DNA from: Clostridia bacterium
GTDB taxonomy: Bacteria > Bacillota > Clostridia > Oscillospirales > CAG-272
Direction: 5' to 3'
Length of the DNA stretch: 64,000 bases
NCBI GenBank assembly: GCA_017502875.1
Contig: JAFVUF010000018.1
Coordinates: 691 to 64,690, forward strand
Position numbers and translations under genes: made by a program. The notes below the pieces were generated by a model, which worked only from the letters and a program-made list of their open reading frames with translations, made no database searches and was not told the origin of the DNA. Shown in pieces: positions 47,779-58,142 of this stretch (its first letter is position 1; every line of letters starts with the position of its first letter).

Positions 47779-47801
47779 GTTGTTACAATAAAATAGTATG
47801 G

Positions 47802-47840
47802 AAAGAGTAGGATAGAATATAACCTGCTCTTTTCTGTTTA
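47802..47840 (+). promoter_or_regulatory. Leader hairpin plus U-rich tract upstream of rimP (possible attenuator)
   Basis: aaagagtagg (47802-47811) pairs with cctgctcttt (47823-47832, one G-U), followed by tctgttt. Confidence 0.35.
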
Positions 47841-47869
47841 TTGAGTGATTAAAAAAGAAAGGTGGTAGT

Positions 47870-48343
47870 ATGGCGCAGAAAAAGAACACGGCGGAAAAGG
47901 TAAGAGAGCTTATCGAGGAAACGGTGGTTTCGCTCGGATATAGCATATGGGACGTTGACTATGCCAAGATAGGAACCGAAAGACATCTTGAAATAACCAT
48001 TGACAGCGAAAACGGTATAAATATTGAAGATTGCGAAAAGGTACACAGAGCTATTGAGGTGATAATTGACGAAGCTGACCCGATAGACGAGATGTATTAC
48101 CTTGACGTCTCATCTCCCGGACTTGAAAGAGTTATAAGAACGGCGTATCATTTTGAAAAATGCGTCGGGGAGACGATTGAAATTAAGCTGTTCACTCAGC
48201 TTGACGGAAAAAAGAGTATAGTAGGAGAGCTTGTTTCCTTTGACCCGGAAAGCGATAACGCGGTGATACGCGATAAGAGCGGCGCTGAGTACACGGTTGG
48301 GAGAAAGCTTATATCAAAAGCAAACGTATATTTTGAATTATAA
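47870..48343 (+). CDS. rimP: Ribosome maturation factor RimP
   Basis: 157 aa, YLDVSSPGLERVIR motif, precedes nusA. Confidence 0.93.
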   Translation: MAQKKNTAEKVRELIEETVVSLGYSIWDVDYAKIGTERHLEITIDSENGINIEDCEKVHRAIEVIIDEADPIDEMYYLDVSSPGLERVIRTAYHFEKCVGETIEIKLFTQLDGKKSIVGELVSFDPESDNAVIRDKSGAEYTVGRKLISKANVYFEL

Positions 48344-48366
48344 TTTTTAAGTGAGGATAAATTAAA

Positions 48367-49395
48367 ATGAACAAGGCACTGTTTGCGGCTCTCGAAATGC
48401 TTGAGGCCGAAAAGGGAATTCCTAAGGAGTATATGTACGAAAAGCTCGAGGCTGCGCTTGTTAACGCCTACCGCAGAGAGATGGGCGGAAGCACCAACGT
48501 AAGAGTACAGATAAACGAGGAAAAGTATGATTTCAGGGTGTTCAGACAGCTTGAGGTAGTCGAGGAGGTAACCGACCCCGTATGCCAGATATCTCTTGAA
48601 GCGGCGAAGAAGCTGTCCAAAAGAAATACCCTCGGCAAAATAGTCGAAAAAGAGGTAAAGCCTGATGAATTCCGCCGTCTTAGCGCCATAACGGGTAAGC
48701 AGGTCATAGTTCAGGCAATAAGAGAGGCTGAACGCGGACTGATGATGAAGGAGTATGAGGAAAAGAAGGAAGAGATCGTTACCGCAGTGGTTGACAGAAT
48801 CGATCCCGACACAGGCAACGTAAGACTCATAATCGGTAACGGCCACGCAACTCTTCTCAAAGCGGAGCAGATTCCCGGAGAGACCTTTGAGGTCGGTCAG
48901 CACATAAAGGTTTATCTCATTGAGGTCAAGAAGGGCGAGAGAGGCTCGTTCGCTACATTCTCCAGAACCCATTCCGGACTTGTAAAGAGACTGTTTGAGC
49001 TTAATATTCCCGAGGTAGCCGACGGCACCGTTATCATCAAGAACGTGGCGAGAGAGGCAGGCTCAAGAACCAAAATATCCGTAATGAGCCGTGATGCTGA
49101 CGTTGATCCGATAGGAACCTGCGTAGGACCTCAGAATCAGCGTAAGGCGGTTATCACCGACGAGCTTGCGGGCGAGAAGATAGATATAATCCGCTTCAGC
49201 GAGCAGCCTGAGGAGTACGTAGCGGCGGCGCTTGCTCCCGCAACCGTTGACAGAGTGGAGATGGACGGCGAGCATTCCTGTAAGGTATATGTAGCCGCTG
49301 ATCAGCTCTCGCTCGCTATCGGTAAGGAGGGTCAGAACGCCAGACTCGCGGCGAGACTTACCGGTGTGAAGATAGATATCAAGACTGCGGACTGA
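48367..49395 (+). CDS. nusA: Transcription termination/antitermination factor NusA
   Basis: NusA N-domain, S1 and two KH domains (LAIGKEGQNARLAARLTG). Confidence 0.96.
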   Translation: MNKALFAALEMLEAEKGIPKEYMYEKLEAALVNAYRREMGGSTNVRVQINEEKYDFRVFRQLEVVEEVTDPVCQISLEAAKKLSKRNTLGKIVEKEVKPDEFRRLSAITGKQVIVQAIREAERGLMMKEYEEKKEEIVTAVVDRIDPDTGNVRLIIGNGHATLLKAEQIPGETFEVGQHIKVYLIEVKKGERGSFATFSRTHSGLVKRLFELNIPEVADGTVIIKNVAREAGSRTKISVMSRDADVDPIGTCVGPQNQRKAVITDELAGEKIDIIRFSEQPEEYVAAALAPATVDRVEMDGEHSCKVYVAADQLSLAIGKEGQNARLAARLTGVKIDIKTAD

Positions 49396-49397
49396 TT

Positions 49398-49676
49398 ATG
49401 GAGATAAAGAAGAAAAAGTCGCCCGAGCGCCGTTGCGTAGGCTGCGGCGAGACCAAGGAGAAGAAAGAGCTTATCCGGGTGGTAAGAGCTCCCGACGGAG
49501 AGGTAAGTCTTGATCTCACGGGAAAAAAGTCGGGCAGAGGAGCATATATCTGTCATAGCCTCTCTTGTTTAAAAAAGGCGAGAAAAAACAAGCGCATAGA
49601 GCAGAATCTGGATACGAATATTTCGGAGGAGCTTTACGATAAGCTTGAAGCGCAGCTCGGCGAGGAAGCAAAATGA
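49398..49676 (+). CDS. ylxR: YlxR/RnpM family (DUF448) RNA-binding protein
   Basis: RRCVGCGETKEKKELIRVV motif, 92 aa, after nusA. Confidence 0.9.
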   Translation: MEIKKKKSPERRCVGCGETKEKKELIRVVRAPDGEVSLDLTGKKSGRGAYICHSLSCLKKARKNKRIEQNLDTNISEELYDKLEAQLGEEAK

Positions 49677-50014
49677 GCGGCGCGCAAAAAATTATGTCGC
49701 TTATAGGCATAGCTAAAAAGGCGGGCAAGGTGATAAGCGGAACGGATATGGCGGTGGAGAGCGTGCGTAGCGGAAGAAAAAATTCTGTAAAGCTGCTTGT
49801 GGTCGCTTGCGACGCTTCAAGGAATACGCTTAAACGCATAGACAATACGTCTGCGTATTATCAGATTCCCGTTATTAAGCTCGATTCCGATAAGGCTGAG
49901 CTGGCAAGAATTACAGGGCATAGCTCAACACTGTCAGTTATCGGAATTACCGATACGGGCTTTGCCAAGGCAATGCAAGAAGCGGCGATAAAGGAAGCAA
50001 ACGAAGCGAACTGA
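49673..50014 (+). CDS. L7Ae/YlxQ-family ribosomal-protein-like RNA-binding protein
   Basis: LIGIAKKAGKVISG motif. ATGA overlap with ylxR. Precedes infB. Confidence 0.85.
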   Translation: MSGAQKIMSLIGIAKKAGKVISGTDMAVESVRSGRKNSVKLLVVACDASRNTLKRIDNTSAYYQIPVIKLDSDKAELARITGHSSTLSVIGITDTGFAKAMQEAAIKEANEAN

Positions 50015-50086
50015 GCTTCGTTTAAGGGAAGGGGTTAATTGAAGCGAGCCCTGTTCCATATAAATCGAAAGGAAAGGTTATACTTG

Positions 50087-52675
50087 ATGGCAACAACAAA
50101 TCAAAGCACTATTAAGATCAGCGCGCTTGCCAAGGAGCTGAAGATGAAATCGGGAAAGGAGCTTATTGAAAAGCTTTCCACTCTCGGCTTCACCGATATC
50201 AAGTCTACCTCCAGCAGTATAGCGCCAGATGCGTTCAACAAGCTGTTTGAAAGCATCAGAGCAAGCTATACTGAGGACGGAATCGACGTTGATGATTATG
50301 TTTCGGGCAAGGCGGTGATTAAGGAGTTCGCGCAGAAGAAGGCGGCTCCCGAGGCGCCAAAGGTGGCTAAGCCGGAGCCTAAAGCAGAGGTAAAAGCGGA
50401 GCCTAAGGAAGAGCCTAAAAAAGAGGTAAAAGCAGAGCCTAAAACAGAATCTAAGACAGAGACAAAATCAGAGAAGAAGCCCGCGCAGGAGCAGAAGAAG
50501 ACTTCTGAGGCGCCTAAGGCAGAAATAAAGAAGCCTGCGCCTAAGCAGGAGAGAGTGTTTACACCTCCTACGCAGCAGAAGCCTCAAAAGCCGCAGCAGA
50601 AGCCTCAAAAGCCCGCGCAGCAGCCTCAGACTCAGCAAAGACCCAAGCCGGCTGGCGGAATCGAGCTTAACGCTCAGGTAGACCGCGGACAGCAGAAGAA
50701 CCCCAAGTCCAAGATAGTCGATACAAGAGGTAATAATGTCGATCTCTCTAAGTACGACGAGAGATTTGAAAATATCTCCACAAAGCACGGTAAGGACTTC
50801 GGAGATACCAGAGGCGGCAAGGTCGTTGACGGAAGAAAGAAGGGCGGCAGGTTCGATAAGGAAAAGGATAAGGAAAGGCTTGAGCTTGAGAAACTTCGTA
50901 AGCAGCAGATGGAGAAGGCGAGACGTCTTCCTGTCTCAGTATCCATTCCCGACGAGATAACGGTTGGAGAGCTTGCCGTAAGACTTAAAATAACCTCCGG
51001 CGACCTTATAAAGAAGCTGTTTATGCTCGGTGTTATGGCAAACGTAAATCAGACCATAGATTACGATACCGCGTACCTTATAGCCGACGAAATGGGCGCT
51101 AAGGTAACAAAGGAGGTCGTCGTAACGATAGAGGAGAAGCTCTTTGACGAGGAGGAGGATAAGCCCGAAAGCCTCATCACAAGAGCGCCCGTAGTATGCG
51201 TTATGGGACACGTTGACCACGGTAAGACCTCGCTGCTTGACGCTATCCGACACACTAAGGTAACGGCAGGCGAGGCGGGCGGTATAACCCAGCATATAGG
51301 CGCATACAGAGTTAAGGCAAACGGACAGGATATCACCTTCCTTGATACCCCCGGACACGAGGCGTTCACCGCTATGAGAGCCAGAGGCGCTATGTCCACC
51401 GATATCGCTATACTCGTGGTTGCCGCGGACGACGGAATAATGCCGCAGACCGTTGAGGCTATAAACCACGCCAAAGCAGCCGGTGTAGACATAATAGTCG
51501 CTATCAACAAAATGGATAAGCCCACGGCTAACCCCGATCAGATAAAGCAGGAGCTTACTCAGTACGAGCTTGTTCCTGAGGAGTGGGGCGGAGACGTTAT
51601 ATGCGTTCCCGTATCAGCGCTTACGGGCGCAGGTATTGACGAGCTTCTCGAAAACGTTCTTCTTATCGCTGAGGTCAAGGAGTACAAGGCTAATCCCGAC
51701 CGTCGCGCCAAGGGCGTTGTTATTGAGGCTAAGCTCGATAAGGGTAGAGGTCCCGTTACGACGGTGCTCGTACAGAACGGAACTCTTAAGGTCGGAGACG
51801 TTGTTATAGCGGGTACGGCTGTTGGTCGTGTTAAAGCGATGAAGGACGATAACGGCAGACAGGTAAAGACGGCAGGCCCGTCTGTTCCCGTAGAGATAGA
51901 CGGACTCAGTGAGGTTCCGTCGGCGGGAGACGAGTTCAACGCCGTTGAAAACGAGCGCATGGCTAAGGAGCTTGCCGAGCAGCGTAAGGCAAAGATTAAG
52001 GACGAGATATTCAAGGCTAACGCAAAGGTCAATCTTGAGGCTCTGTTCGATAGCATAAACGACGGCGTAAAGGAGCTTAATATCATTGTTAAGGCGGACG
52101 TTCAAGGCTCTGCCGAGGCAGTCAAGGCTTCGCTTCTCAAGCTGTCAAATCCCGAGGTAAAGGTAAATGTTATCCACTCGGGCGCAGGCGGAATAGTCGA
52201 GAGCGACGTAATGCTCGCGGCGGCTTCCAACGCGATAATAGTCGGCTTTAACGTAAGACCCGATAAGGTGGCGCTTGATTCCGCTGAAAAGCAGAACGTA
52301 GACGTAAGAACCTACCGTATCATATACGACTGTATAGAGGAAATCACCGCGGCGATGAAGGGTATGCTTGCTCCTACTTACAAGGAGAGCGTCATAGGAC
52401 ACGCCGAGGTAAGACAGGCGATAAGAGTTCCTTCTGTCGGAATAATAGCGGGCTGCTATATTACCGACGGTAAGGTAACGAGAAACTGCCAGATGAGAAT
52501 TCTCCGCGATTCCATACTTCTTTGCGAGGATAAGCTCGCGTCGCTCCGTCGCTTCAAGGACGACGTAAAGGAGGTAGCGGCAGGCTACGAATGCGGAGTC
52601 GGCATCGAGCATTTCAACGATATAAAAGAGGGCGATACCCTTGAGTTCTTTGAGATGGTCGAGGTCGAAAGATAA
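50087..52675 (+). CDS. infB: Translation initiation factor IF-2
   Basis: ATG 50087 follows AGGAAAGG; the ORF-track TTG at 50039 is probably an extension. Low-complexity K/P/E/Q N-terminus. G-domain [24 protein letters not shown]. Confidence 0.96.
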   Translation: MATTNQSTIKISALAKELKMKSGKELIEKLSTLGFTDIKSTSSSIAPDAFNKLFESIRASYTEDGIDVDDYVSGKAVIKEFAQKKAAPEAPKVAKPEPKAEVKAEPKEEPKKEVKAEPKTESKTETKSEKKPAQEQKKTSEAPKAEIKKPAPKQERVFTPPTQQKPQKPQQKPQKPAQQPQTQQRPKPAGGIELNAQVDRGQQKNPKSKIVDTRGNNVDLSKYDERFENISTKHGKDFGDTRGGKVVDGRKKGGRFDKEKDKERLELEKLRKQQMEKARRLPVSVSIPDEITVGELAVRLKITSGDLIKKLFMLGVMANVNQTIDYDTAYLIADEMGAKVTKEVVVTIEEKLFDEEEDKPESLITRAPVVCVMGHVDHGKTSLLDAIRHTKVTAGEAGGITQHIGAYRVKANGQDITFLDTPGHEAFTAMRARGAMSTDIAILVVAADDGIMPQTVEAINHAKAAGVDIIVAINKMDKPTANPDQIKQELTQYELVPEEWGGDVICVPVSALTGAGIDELLENVLLIAEVKEYKANPDRRAKGVVIEAKLDKGRGPVTTVLVQNGTLKVGDVVIAGTAVGRVKAMKDDNGRQVKTAGPSVPVEIDGLSEVPSAGDEFNAVENERMAKELAEQRKAKIKDEIFKANAKVNLEALFDSINDGVKELNIIVKADVQGSAEAVKASLLKLSNPEVKVNVIHSGAGGIVESDVMLAAASNAIIVGFNVRPDKVALDSAEKQNVDVRTYRIIYDCIEEITAAMKGMLAPTYKESVIGHAEVRQAIRVPSVGIIAGCYITDGKVTRNCQMRILRDSILLCEDKLASLRRFKDDVKEVAAGYECGVGIEHFNDIKEGDTLEFFEMVEVER

Positions 52676-52715
52676 ACAGCTTCAGGTTTATCTATAAAAA
52701 GTTTAACCTTTCTTA

Positions 52716-52754
52716 AAATAGCCGGGAAATTGCAAGTTTCCCGGCTGTTTTTTT
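52716..52754 (+). terminator. Rho-independent terminator of infB
   Basis: agccgggaaa / tttcccggct stem plus TTTTTTT. Confidence 0.85.
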
Positions 52755-52810
52755 ACCGTTTAGGAGAAAATATCAGTATGTTCGGTGTATATTTAATAAA
52801 TATTTAGATA

Positions 52811-52839
52811 TTGACTTTTTTTATACGGTATGATATACT
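52811..52839 (+). promoter_or_regulatory. Sigma-A-type promoter of the methyltransferase/glycosyltransferase island
   Basis: TTGACT (52811-52816), 17 nt, TATACT (52834-52839). Confidence 0.65.
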
Positions 52840-52869
52840 ATTGTAAAATGATAAATAACGTTGTGAGGT

Positions 52870-54126
52870 GTGCGCTTAGTGAATAAAAAACTTGATAGCG
52901 GAGAGGAAAAAAACTCTTTAGAGCTTGCAAAGGAATATCATTTGAAAGCGTCGGAGTTTAACGTAAATACGTCAAATATTCCGCTTGAGGGGAACAAGCT
53001 GAAGCTTTTCATAAAGAGAGTTTTAGGAAAGCTAATACGTGTATTCTTCGGATGGTATATCAGACCATCAAAGGAACGGCAGACAAAATATAATGAGCAT
53101 ATGCATGCGGCGGTGGGACATATGCTGAGCGAGTCGGAGTCGAAAGCAGCGCTTCTTACCTCGATTTACGATGAGCAAAATTCTACGGCGGAAAAGTTGG
53201 TTACTTTTGAAAACGAGCTGACAGAGCTGAAACAGAAAAACAAGGAGCTTAGTCAAGCTCTTGAAGATAGTAAGGCTAAAATTTCCAATCTGAGAGAAAC
53301 CGTTATGAAGCAGTCGGTTGAAATAAAACTTCTGAGTGCGACAGAGAAAAACGTAGAGCATGCGAAAACAGATCACAGTAAAAAGTATTTTGACTATGTT
53401 CTTTCTAAGCTTAACGTTTCCTACGACCCGAATCTTATAGAAGACGGACTTATTGATTATTTTGATTTCGAGGACAAGTACAGAGGAAGCCGCGAGAGTA
53501 TAAAGCAGAGGCAGCTTCAGTATCTGCCGTACCTCAAAACGGGGAACAATGACGGAGTCGTGCTTGAGCTTGGCTTCGGCAGAGGCGAAATACTTGAAAT
53601 GCTTAAAGAAAACGGTGTGGAATGCGTCGGAGTTGACTGTTACCCCCCGTTTGTTGAATTTTGTGAAAAACGGGGCTTTAATGTAACCGAGGGCGACGCG
53701 CTTACCTATCTTACGGCGTGTGATGACAATACACTGAACGGAATAGTTTTGTCTCAGGTGGCGGAGCACGTGAATACGGATTATCTGTATCAGCTTATAA
53801 AAACCGGTTATAAAAAGCTGAAAAAAGGCTGCTGTTTCATAATCGAAACACCTAACCCAGAATCACTTGCAACCTATCTGAACTTCAATCTTGACGGAAC
53901 ACATATTAAACCCGTGCACGGACTTACTCTTGAATACGTTTTTAAGTCAAACGGATACAGTGAAACGGTGAGACTTGCAAACGAGTATTCCGAGCATCCG
54001 TATGCGAGAGAGATGCAAAAGACACTTATTGATAAGTGTATTGACGAGGAGCAGAAGCGGTTCTATACAAACGTAAAGAATATCTTATTCGGCGCAACCG
54101 ATCTTACTGTAATAGCAAGAAAGTGA
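52870..54126 (+). CDS. Coiled-coil protein with a C-terminal class I SAM-dependent methyltransferase domain
   Basis: Motif I VLELGFGRGE at about residue 225. Residues of roughly 90-170 are heptad-rich (ELTELKQKNKELSQALEDSKAKISNLRE). The start may be GTG 52879 (GAGG 9 nt upstream) rather than 52870. Confidence 0.75.
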   Translation: MRLVNKKLDSGEEKNSLELAKEYHLKASEFNVNTSNIPLEGNKLKLFIKRVLGKLIRVFFGWYIRPSKERQTKYNEHMHAAVGHMLSESESKAALLTSIYDEQNSTAEKLVTFENELTELKQKNKELSQALEDSKAKISNLRETVMKQSVEIKLLSATEKNVEHAKTDHSKKYFDYVLSKLNVSYDPNLIEDGLIDYFDFEDKYRGSRESIKQRQLQYLPYLKTGNNDGVVLELGFGRGEILEMLKENGVECVGVDCYPPFVEFCEKRGFNVTEGDALTYLTACDDNTLNGIVLSQVAEHVNTDYLYQLIKTGYKKLKKGCCFIIETPNPESLATYLNFNLDGTHIKPVHGLTLEYVFKSNGYSETVRLANEYSEHPYAREMQKTLIDKCIDEEQKRFYTNVKNILFGATDLTVIARK

Positions 54127-54161
54127 TAATATAAAGCTTAAGCTTTTGAAAGGATGTAAAA

Positions 54162-54632
54162 ATGGATATCAATATAGAAAAAATAATGGACGATATACGC
54201 GCAGAAATAAAGGAAAAGGGATATACCGCGGATATGCTTAGCTTTAACGAGGTATCGAGCTCTGTTCATGCTTCAGAGTCCGGGCAGTTCAGCGTAGAGG
54301 AATATAACGGTGTGGTATCTTATCTTAAAACTGCTCACGTTGTGCCTGTTTCAAAGCCTATAACGGGTAATCCCATCATCGTTTTTATCAAGAAGCTTAT
54401 AAGAAAGTTCACGAGAGTTACTATTCGCCCTGTCGTCGAGCATCAGAGCGAGTATAACGCATTCTCGGCAAGAGCGCTTTCTATGGTTGGAGATTACATA
54501 GAGCAAAACAGCGTTGTATCGAATGCGGAGCTTCTTGAAAAGATAAAAATGCTTGAGTTGAAGCTTCAGACAGCCGCAAAGGAAATAGACAGACTTACCG
54601 CAAGGCTCGCCGAGATTGAGAATAAGAACTGA
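54162..54632 (+). CDS. Small coiled-coil protein, paralogous to the N-terminal half of the preceding methyltransferase
   Basis: Shares the FIKxxLxKxxRxxIRPxxxxQxxYN motif with the 52870 gene product. C-terminal coiled coil (KMLELKLQTAAKEIDRLTARLAEIE). Confidence 0.65.
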   Translation: MDINIEKIMDDIRAEIKEKGYTADMLSFNEVSSSVHASESGQFSVEEYNGVVSYLKTAHVVPVSKPITGNPIIVFIKKLIRKFTRVTIRPVVEHQSEYNAFSARALSMVGDYIEQNSVVSNAELLEKIKMLELKLQTAAKEIDRLTARLAEIENKN

Positions 54633-54648
54633 CTAAGCTACGAAAAGG

Positions 54649-55734
54649 ATGACCGATATGAAGATAATACAGGTAATGCCCACGGTATCCTTCGGAGATG
54701 CTGTCAGTAACGATGCCAGAGCTATTGCAAGGGTAATCGAAGAAATGGGCTACGATACGGCTATATATGCTGAAAATATAGACCAGCGTATAAAGGATAG
54801 AGGAATATATAAGCTCTCAAAGCTTCCTAAGATAGCTGATGACGATATAGTGATATTCAATCATAGCACGGGAACTGATCTGTGCTATAAGATTCCTGAG
54901 ATGAACGGCAGGAAGATGATGATATATCATAATATCACACCGCCGCATTTTTTTGGAACGTACAGCAGCACGGCAAGAGCTCTGACCGAGTACGGTTATG
55001 ACGGCACTAAATATCTGAGCGACAGGATAGATTACGTTATGGCGGACTCCTCCTATAACGCCTCGGATCTTGTAAGCATGGGATACAAATGCGATATGTA
55101 CGTCAGGCCCATACTCATTCCGTTTAATGATTACGAAAAAGAGCCGGATTCCGAAATTATAAGTCGATATTCGGATGATGGATATACGAATATAGTTTTC
55201 GTTGGACGGATAGCTCCGAATAAAAAGCAGGAGGATCTGATAAAAGCTTTCGCATATTACAAAAAGAACGTTAATCCTAAATCGCGTCTTATCCTGGTCG
55301 GAAACGACGGAGGCATGGAGAGATATAGCGCCTGTCTGAAAAAATATGCCGAGGCGCTTATGGTTGATGACGTTATCTTTACAGGACATATCAGCTTCAA
55401 GGCTATACTTGCGTATTACAGGATAGCTGACGTGTTTTTATGTATGAGTGAGCACGAGGGCTTTTGCGTACCGCTGGTTGAGGCTATGTTCTTCAACGTT
55501 CCGATAATAGCTTACGCAAGCTCCGCAATACCCGACACACTCGGAGGAAGCGGAATACTTATTAAAGATAAAGATCCGGTTTTTGTGTCTATGCTTATTG
55601 ACCGCCTTGTAAATGACAAGGCTTTGAGAGAACACGTTATTGACGGGCAGAAAAGAAGACTCGGCGATTTTGCATATGAAACTGTAAGGGAACAGTTTAT
55701 TGAGGGACTCAACTCTTTTATAAACAGAAAGTGA
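54649..55734 (+). CDS. GT4-family (GT-B, Glycos_transf_1) glycosyltransferase
   Basis: VGRIAPNKKQ and SEHEGFCVPLVEAM (E-x7-E) motifs. No TM segment. Confidence 0.8.
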   Translation: MTDMKIIQVMPTVSFGDAVSNDARAIARVIEEMGYDTAIYAENIDQRIKDRGIYKLSKLPKIADDDIVIFNHSTGTDLCYKIPEMNGRKMMIYHNITPPHFFGTYSSTARALTEYGYDGTKYLSDRIDYVMADSSYNASDLVSMGYKCDMYVRPILIPFNDYEKEPDSEIISRYSDDGYTNIVFVGRIAPNKKQEDLIKAFAYYKKNVNPKSRLILVGNDGGMERYSACLKKYAEALMVDDVIFTGHISFKAILAYYRIADVFLCMSEHEGFCVPLVEAMFFNVPIIAYASSAIPDTLGGSGILIKDKDPVFVSMLIDRLVNDKALREHVIDGQKRRLGDFAYETVREQFIEGLNSFINRK

Positions 55735-55741
55735 GTTATTT

Positions 55742-56974
55742 ATGAAAAAAATAGGGTTCGTTATACCGTGGTACAGCGAAAACATACCCGGCGGCGCGGA
55801 GATGGAGCTGCGTGGACTGACTACTCATCTGCATGCTGTTGGTACTGAGATAGAGATACTTACTACGTGCGTTAAGGAATTTGCATCAGATTGGAATGTT
55901 AACTATTATCCCGAGGGACAGTCGACGGTGCATGGCTTCCCGATAAGGCGATTTAAGGTGAGAAAGCGCAACGTAGAGGCGTTTGATGCGGTTAACTATA
56001 AGCTAATGAATGGAGGACAGATCACGCCTGAGGAGGAGCAAATATTTCTTGAGGAAAGTGTAAACAGTCCCGCTCTTTATCAATATATTGACGATCATAA
56101 AGATGAGTACAGTGTGTTCGTGTTTATACCGTATATGTTTGGAGTAACATATTACGGAATGCAGATTTGTCCGGAAAAATCTGTGATGATACCGTGTTTT
56201 CATGATGAAGCATATGTTTATCTGAAACTTTTCAAAGAAAAATTTCCGAAGGCGGCGGGAATGGTTTTTAACGCCGAGCCAGAGGCAGCGCTTGCCGAGA
56301 GGGTGTTCGAATTCAGTAAAAGTGGCACAAAGACCATTACTATGGGCATAGGAATGGATACTGACATTTGTACGTATCCGGATGATTTCAAAAGAAAATT
56401 CGGTATAGATTCTCCGTTTATACTTTATGCCGGACGTAAGGATAAGGGAAAGAACGTTCATTTACTTGTTCAGTACTTCAGTGAGTATCTGAAGAGAAGA
56501 GATACTGACCTTAAGCTTGTGCTTATCGGTGGAGGAAACATAGAGCTTCCGAAAGAGCTTGTAGATAACAAAAGAATAGTTGATCTCGGTTTTGTTGATA
56601 TTCAGGATAAATATAATGCGTATGGCGCAGCAACCTTGCTTTGTCAGCCGTCGGATTTCGAGAGTTTCTCTCTTGTAATAATGGAGAGCTGGCTCTGCTT
56701 ACGACCTGTTATGGTCAGCGAAAGGTGCGCTGTAACGAGACATTTCGCCTCAGATTCAAACGGAGGTCTGTATTTCGGGAATTATTTTGAATTTGAAGGG
56801 TGCCTTGATTATATTGTGAAGAATCCCGATATTGCGGATATGATGGGCAAGAACGGAAGAGAGTATGTATGCTCCCATTTTTCGTGGGACGTTATAATTG
56901 ACACTTATATGAAGTTTTTTCGCGATATAGCGGAAGGTAAAGCCCAAGGCTTGGAAGGAAATGAAAATGCGTAA
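55742..56974 (+). CDS. GT4-family glycosyltransferase
   Basis: GGAEMELRGL N-terminus, AGRKDKGKN, SDFESFSLVIMESW (E-x7-E). No TM segment. Confidence 0.8.
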   Translation: MKKIGFVIPWYSENIPGGAEMELRGLTTHLHAVGTEIEILTTCVKEFASDWNVNYYPEGQSTVHGFPIRRFKVRKRNVEAFDAVNYKLMNGGQITPEEEQIFLEESVNSPALYQYIDDHKDEYSVFVFIPYMFGVTYYGMQICPEKSVMIPCFHDEAYVYLKLFKEKFPKAAGMVFNAEPEAALAERVFEFSKSGTKTITMGIGMDTDICTYPDDFKRKFGIDSPFILYAGRKDKGKNVHLLVQYFSEYLKRRDTDLKLVLIGGGNIELPKELVDNKRIVDLGFVDIQDKYNAYGAATLLCQPSDFESFSLVIMESWLCLRPVMVSERCAVTRHFASDSNGGLYFGNYFEFEGCLDYIVKNPDIADMMGKNGREYVCSHFSWDVIIDTYMKFFRDIAEGKAQGLEGNENA

Positions 56975-58142
56975 AAAGATAGCACTTGTGAACCAGCGAT
57001 ACGGGCTTGAAGTGAACGGCGGCTCGGAGCTCCACTGCCGTCAGCTTGCTGAAAAGCTGATAGATATATATGACGTAGAGGTAATAACCACCTGCGCGTT
57101 AGATTACATTACTTGGGACAATTATTATCCTGAGGGATTGAGTGAGATCAACGGAATAACGGTAAGACGCTTCAAGACTGACAAATCTCGAGATATGAAG
57201 GCATTTGACAGTCTTTCAGGCAAGGTTTTTTCAGCAGAAAAAAACGATAGAGATGTTGAAAGTTGGTTAGACGAGCAGGGGCCGTATTCACCCGAATGTG
57301 TGGAATACCTAAGAGCGCATTACGCGGATTACGATGTCGTAATATTTATGACCTATTTGTACTATATAACCGCAAGGTGCTTGGGAGAGGGTGGAATTCC
57401 GAATGCGTTTCTGCTTCCGACTGCACACGATGAACCTCCGATATATATTCCTTACTACAAGCGCGTTTTCAAAAACGCAAAAGGAATTATCTATAATACT
57501 ACCGAGGAAAGAACGTTTTGTGAGAAAATGTTCGGTATTGGTTCAACACCTAATATCATAGCGGGTGTCGGTGTTGATGTACCGGATGAAAGCACATTGT
57601 TTGACGCTAAGGCGCGTTACGGGTTAGATGATTACATCATATATATTGGAAGAATTGATGAGTCCAAAGGCTGTGGAACGCTCTTTAAGTACTTTGAGGA
57701 ATATAAAAAACGTGTCGGCGGCGATGTTAAGCTGGTGCTTGTCGGAAAGAGCGTTATGGATATCCCGAAAAGAGACGATATCATACCGCTTGGGTTCGTT
57801 ACCGACGAGGAAAAGTTCTCGCTTATAAGAGATGCAAAGCTCCTTGTGCTTGCTTCTGAGTTTGAAAGTCTATCCATGGTCGTGCTTGAAAGCATGGTGT
57901 ACGGAAGACCCGTTCTCGTAAACGGAAAATGTATGGTTCTCAAAGGTCATTGCCATAGGAGCAACGCAGGGCTTTATTTTGAGAATTACTTTGAGTTTGA
58001 GGGCGCTTTGAAGTATCTTCTTACCCACGACGCCGAGTGCGAGCGAATGGGTGAAAACGGTAAGCGTTACGTCAACGAAAACTACCGCTGGGACGTTATC
58101 GTTGAGAGAATAAAGGGACTTATTGATAGCTATAACGGATAA
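56961..58142 (+). CDS. GT4-family glycosyltransferase (paralogue of the preceding gene)
   Basis: NGGSELHCRQL, IGRIDESKG, SEFESLSMVVLESM. Overlaps the upstream gene. ATG 56967 is better spaced from GGAAGGA than ATG 56961. Confidence 0.8.
   Translation: MKMRKKIALVNQRYGLEVNGGSELHCRQLAEKLIDIYDVEVITTCALDYITWDNYYPEGLSEINGITVRRFKTDKSRDMKAFDSLSGKVFSAEKNDRDVESWLDEQGPYSPECVEYLRAHYADYDVVIFMTYLYYITARCLGEGGIPNAFLLPTAHDEPPIYIPYYKRVFKNAKGIIYNTTEERTFCEKMFGIGSTPNIIAGVGVDVPDESTLFDAKARYGLDDYIIYIGRIDESKGCGTLFKYFEEYKKRVGGDVKLVLVGKSVMDIPKRDDIIPLGFVTDEEKFSLIRDAKLLVLASEFESLSMVVLESMVYGRPVLVNGKCMVLKGHCHRSNAGLYFENYFEFEGALKYLLTHDAECERMGENGKRYVNENYRWDVIVERIKGLIDSYNG

Noticed and set aside
50330-50700. Short imperfect DNA repeats (gagcctaaa...gaggtaaaagc..., cagcagaagcctcaaaagcc...) that could be mistaken for a repeat array.
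   Set aside because: They lie in frame within infB and encode the usual low-complexity K/P/E/Q-rich N-terminal region of IF-2. There is no spacer-repeat organisation.
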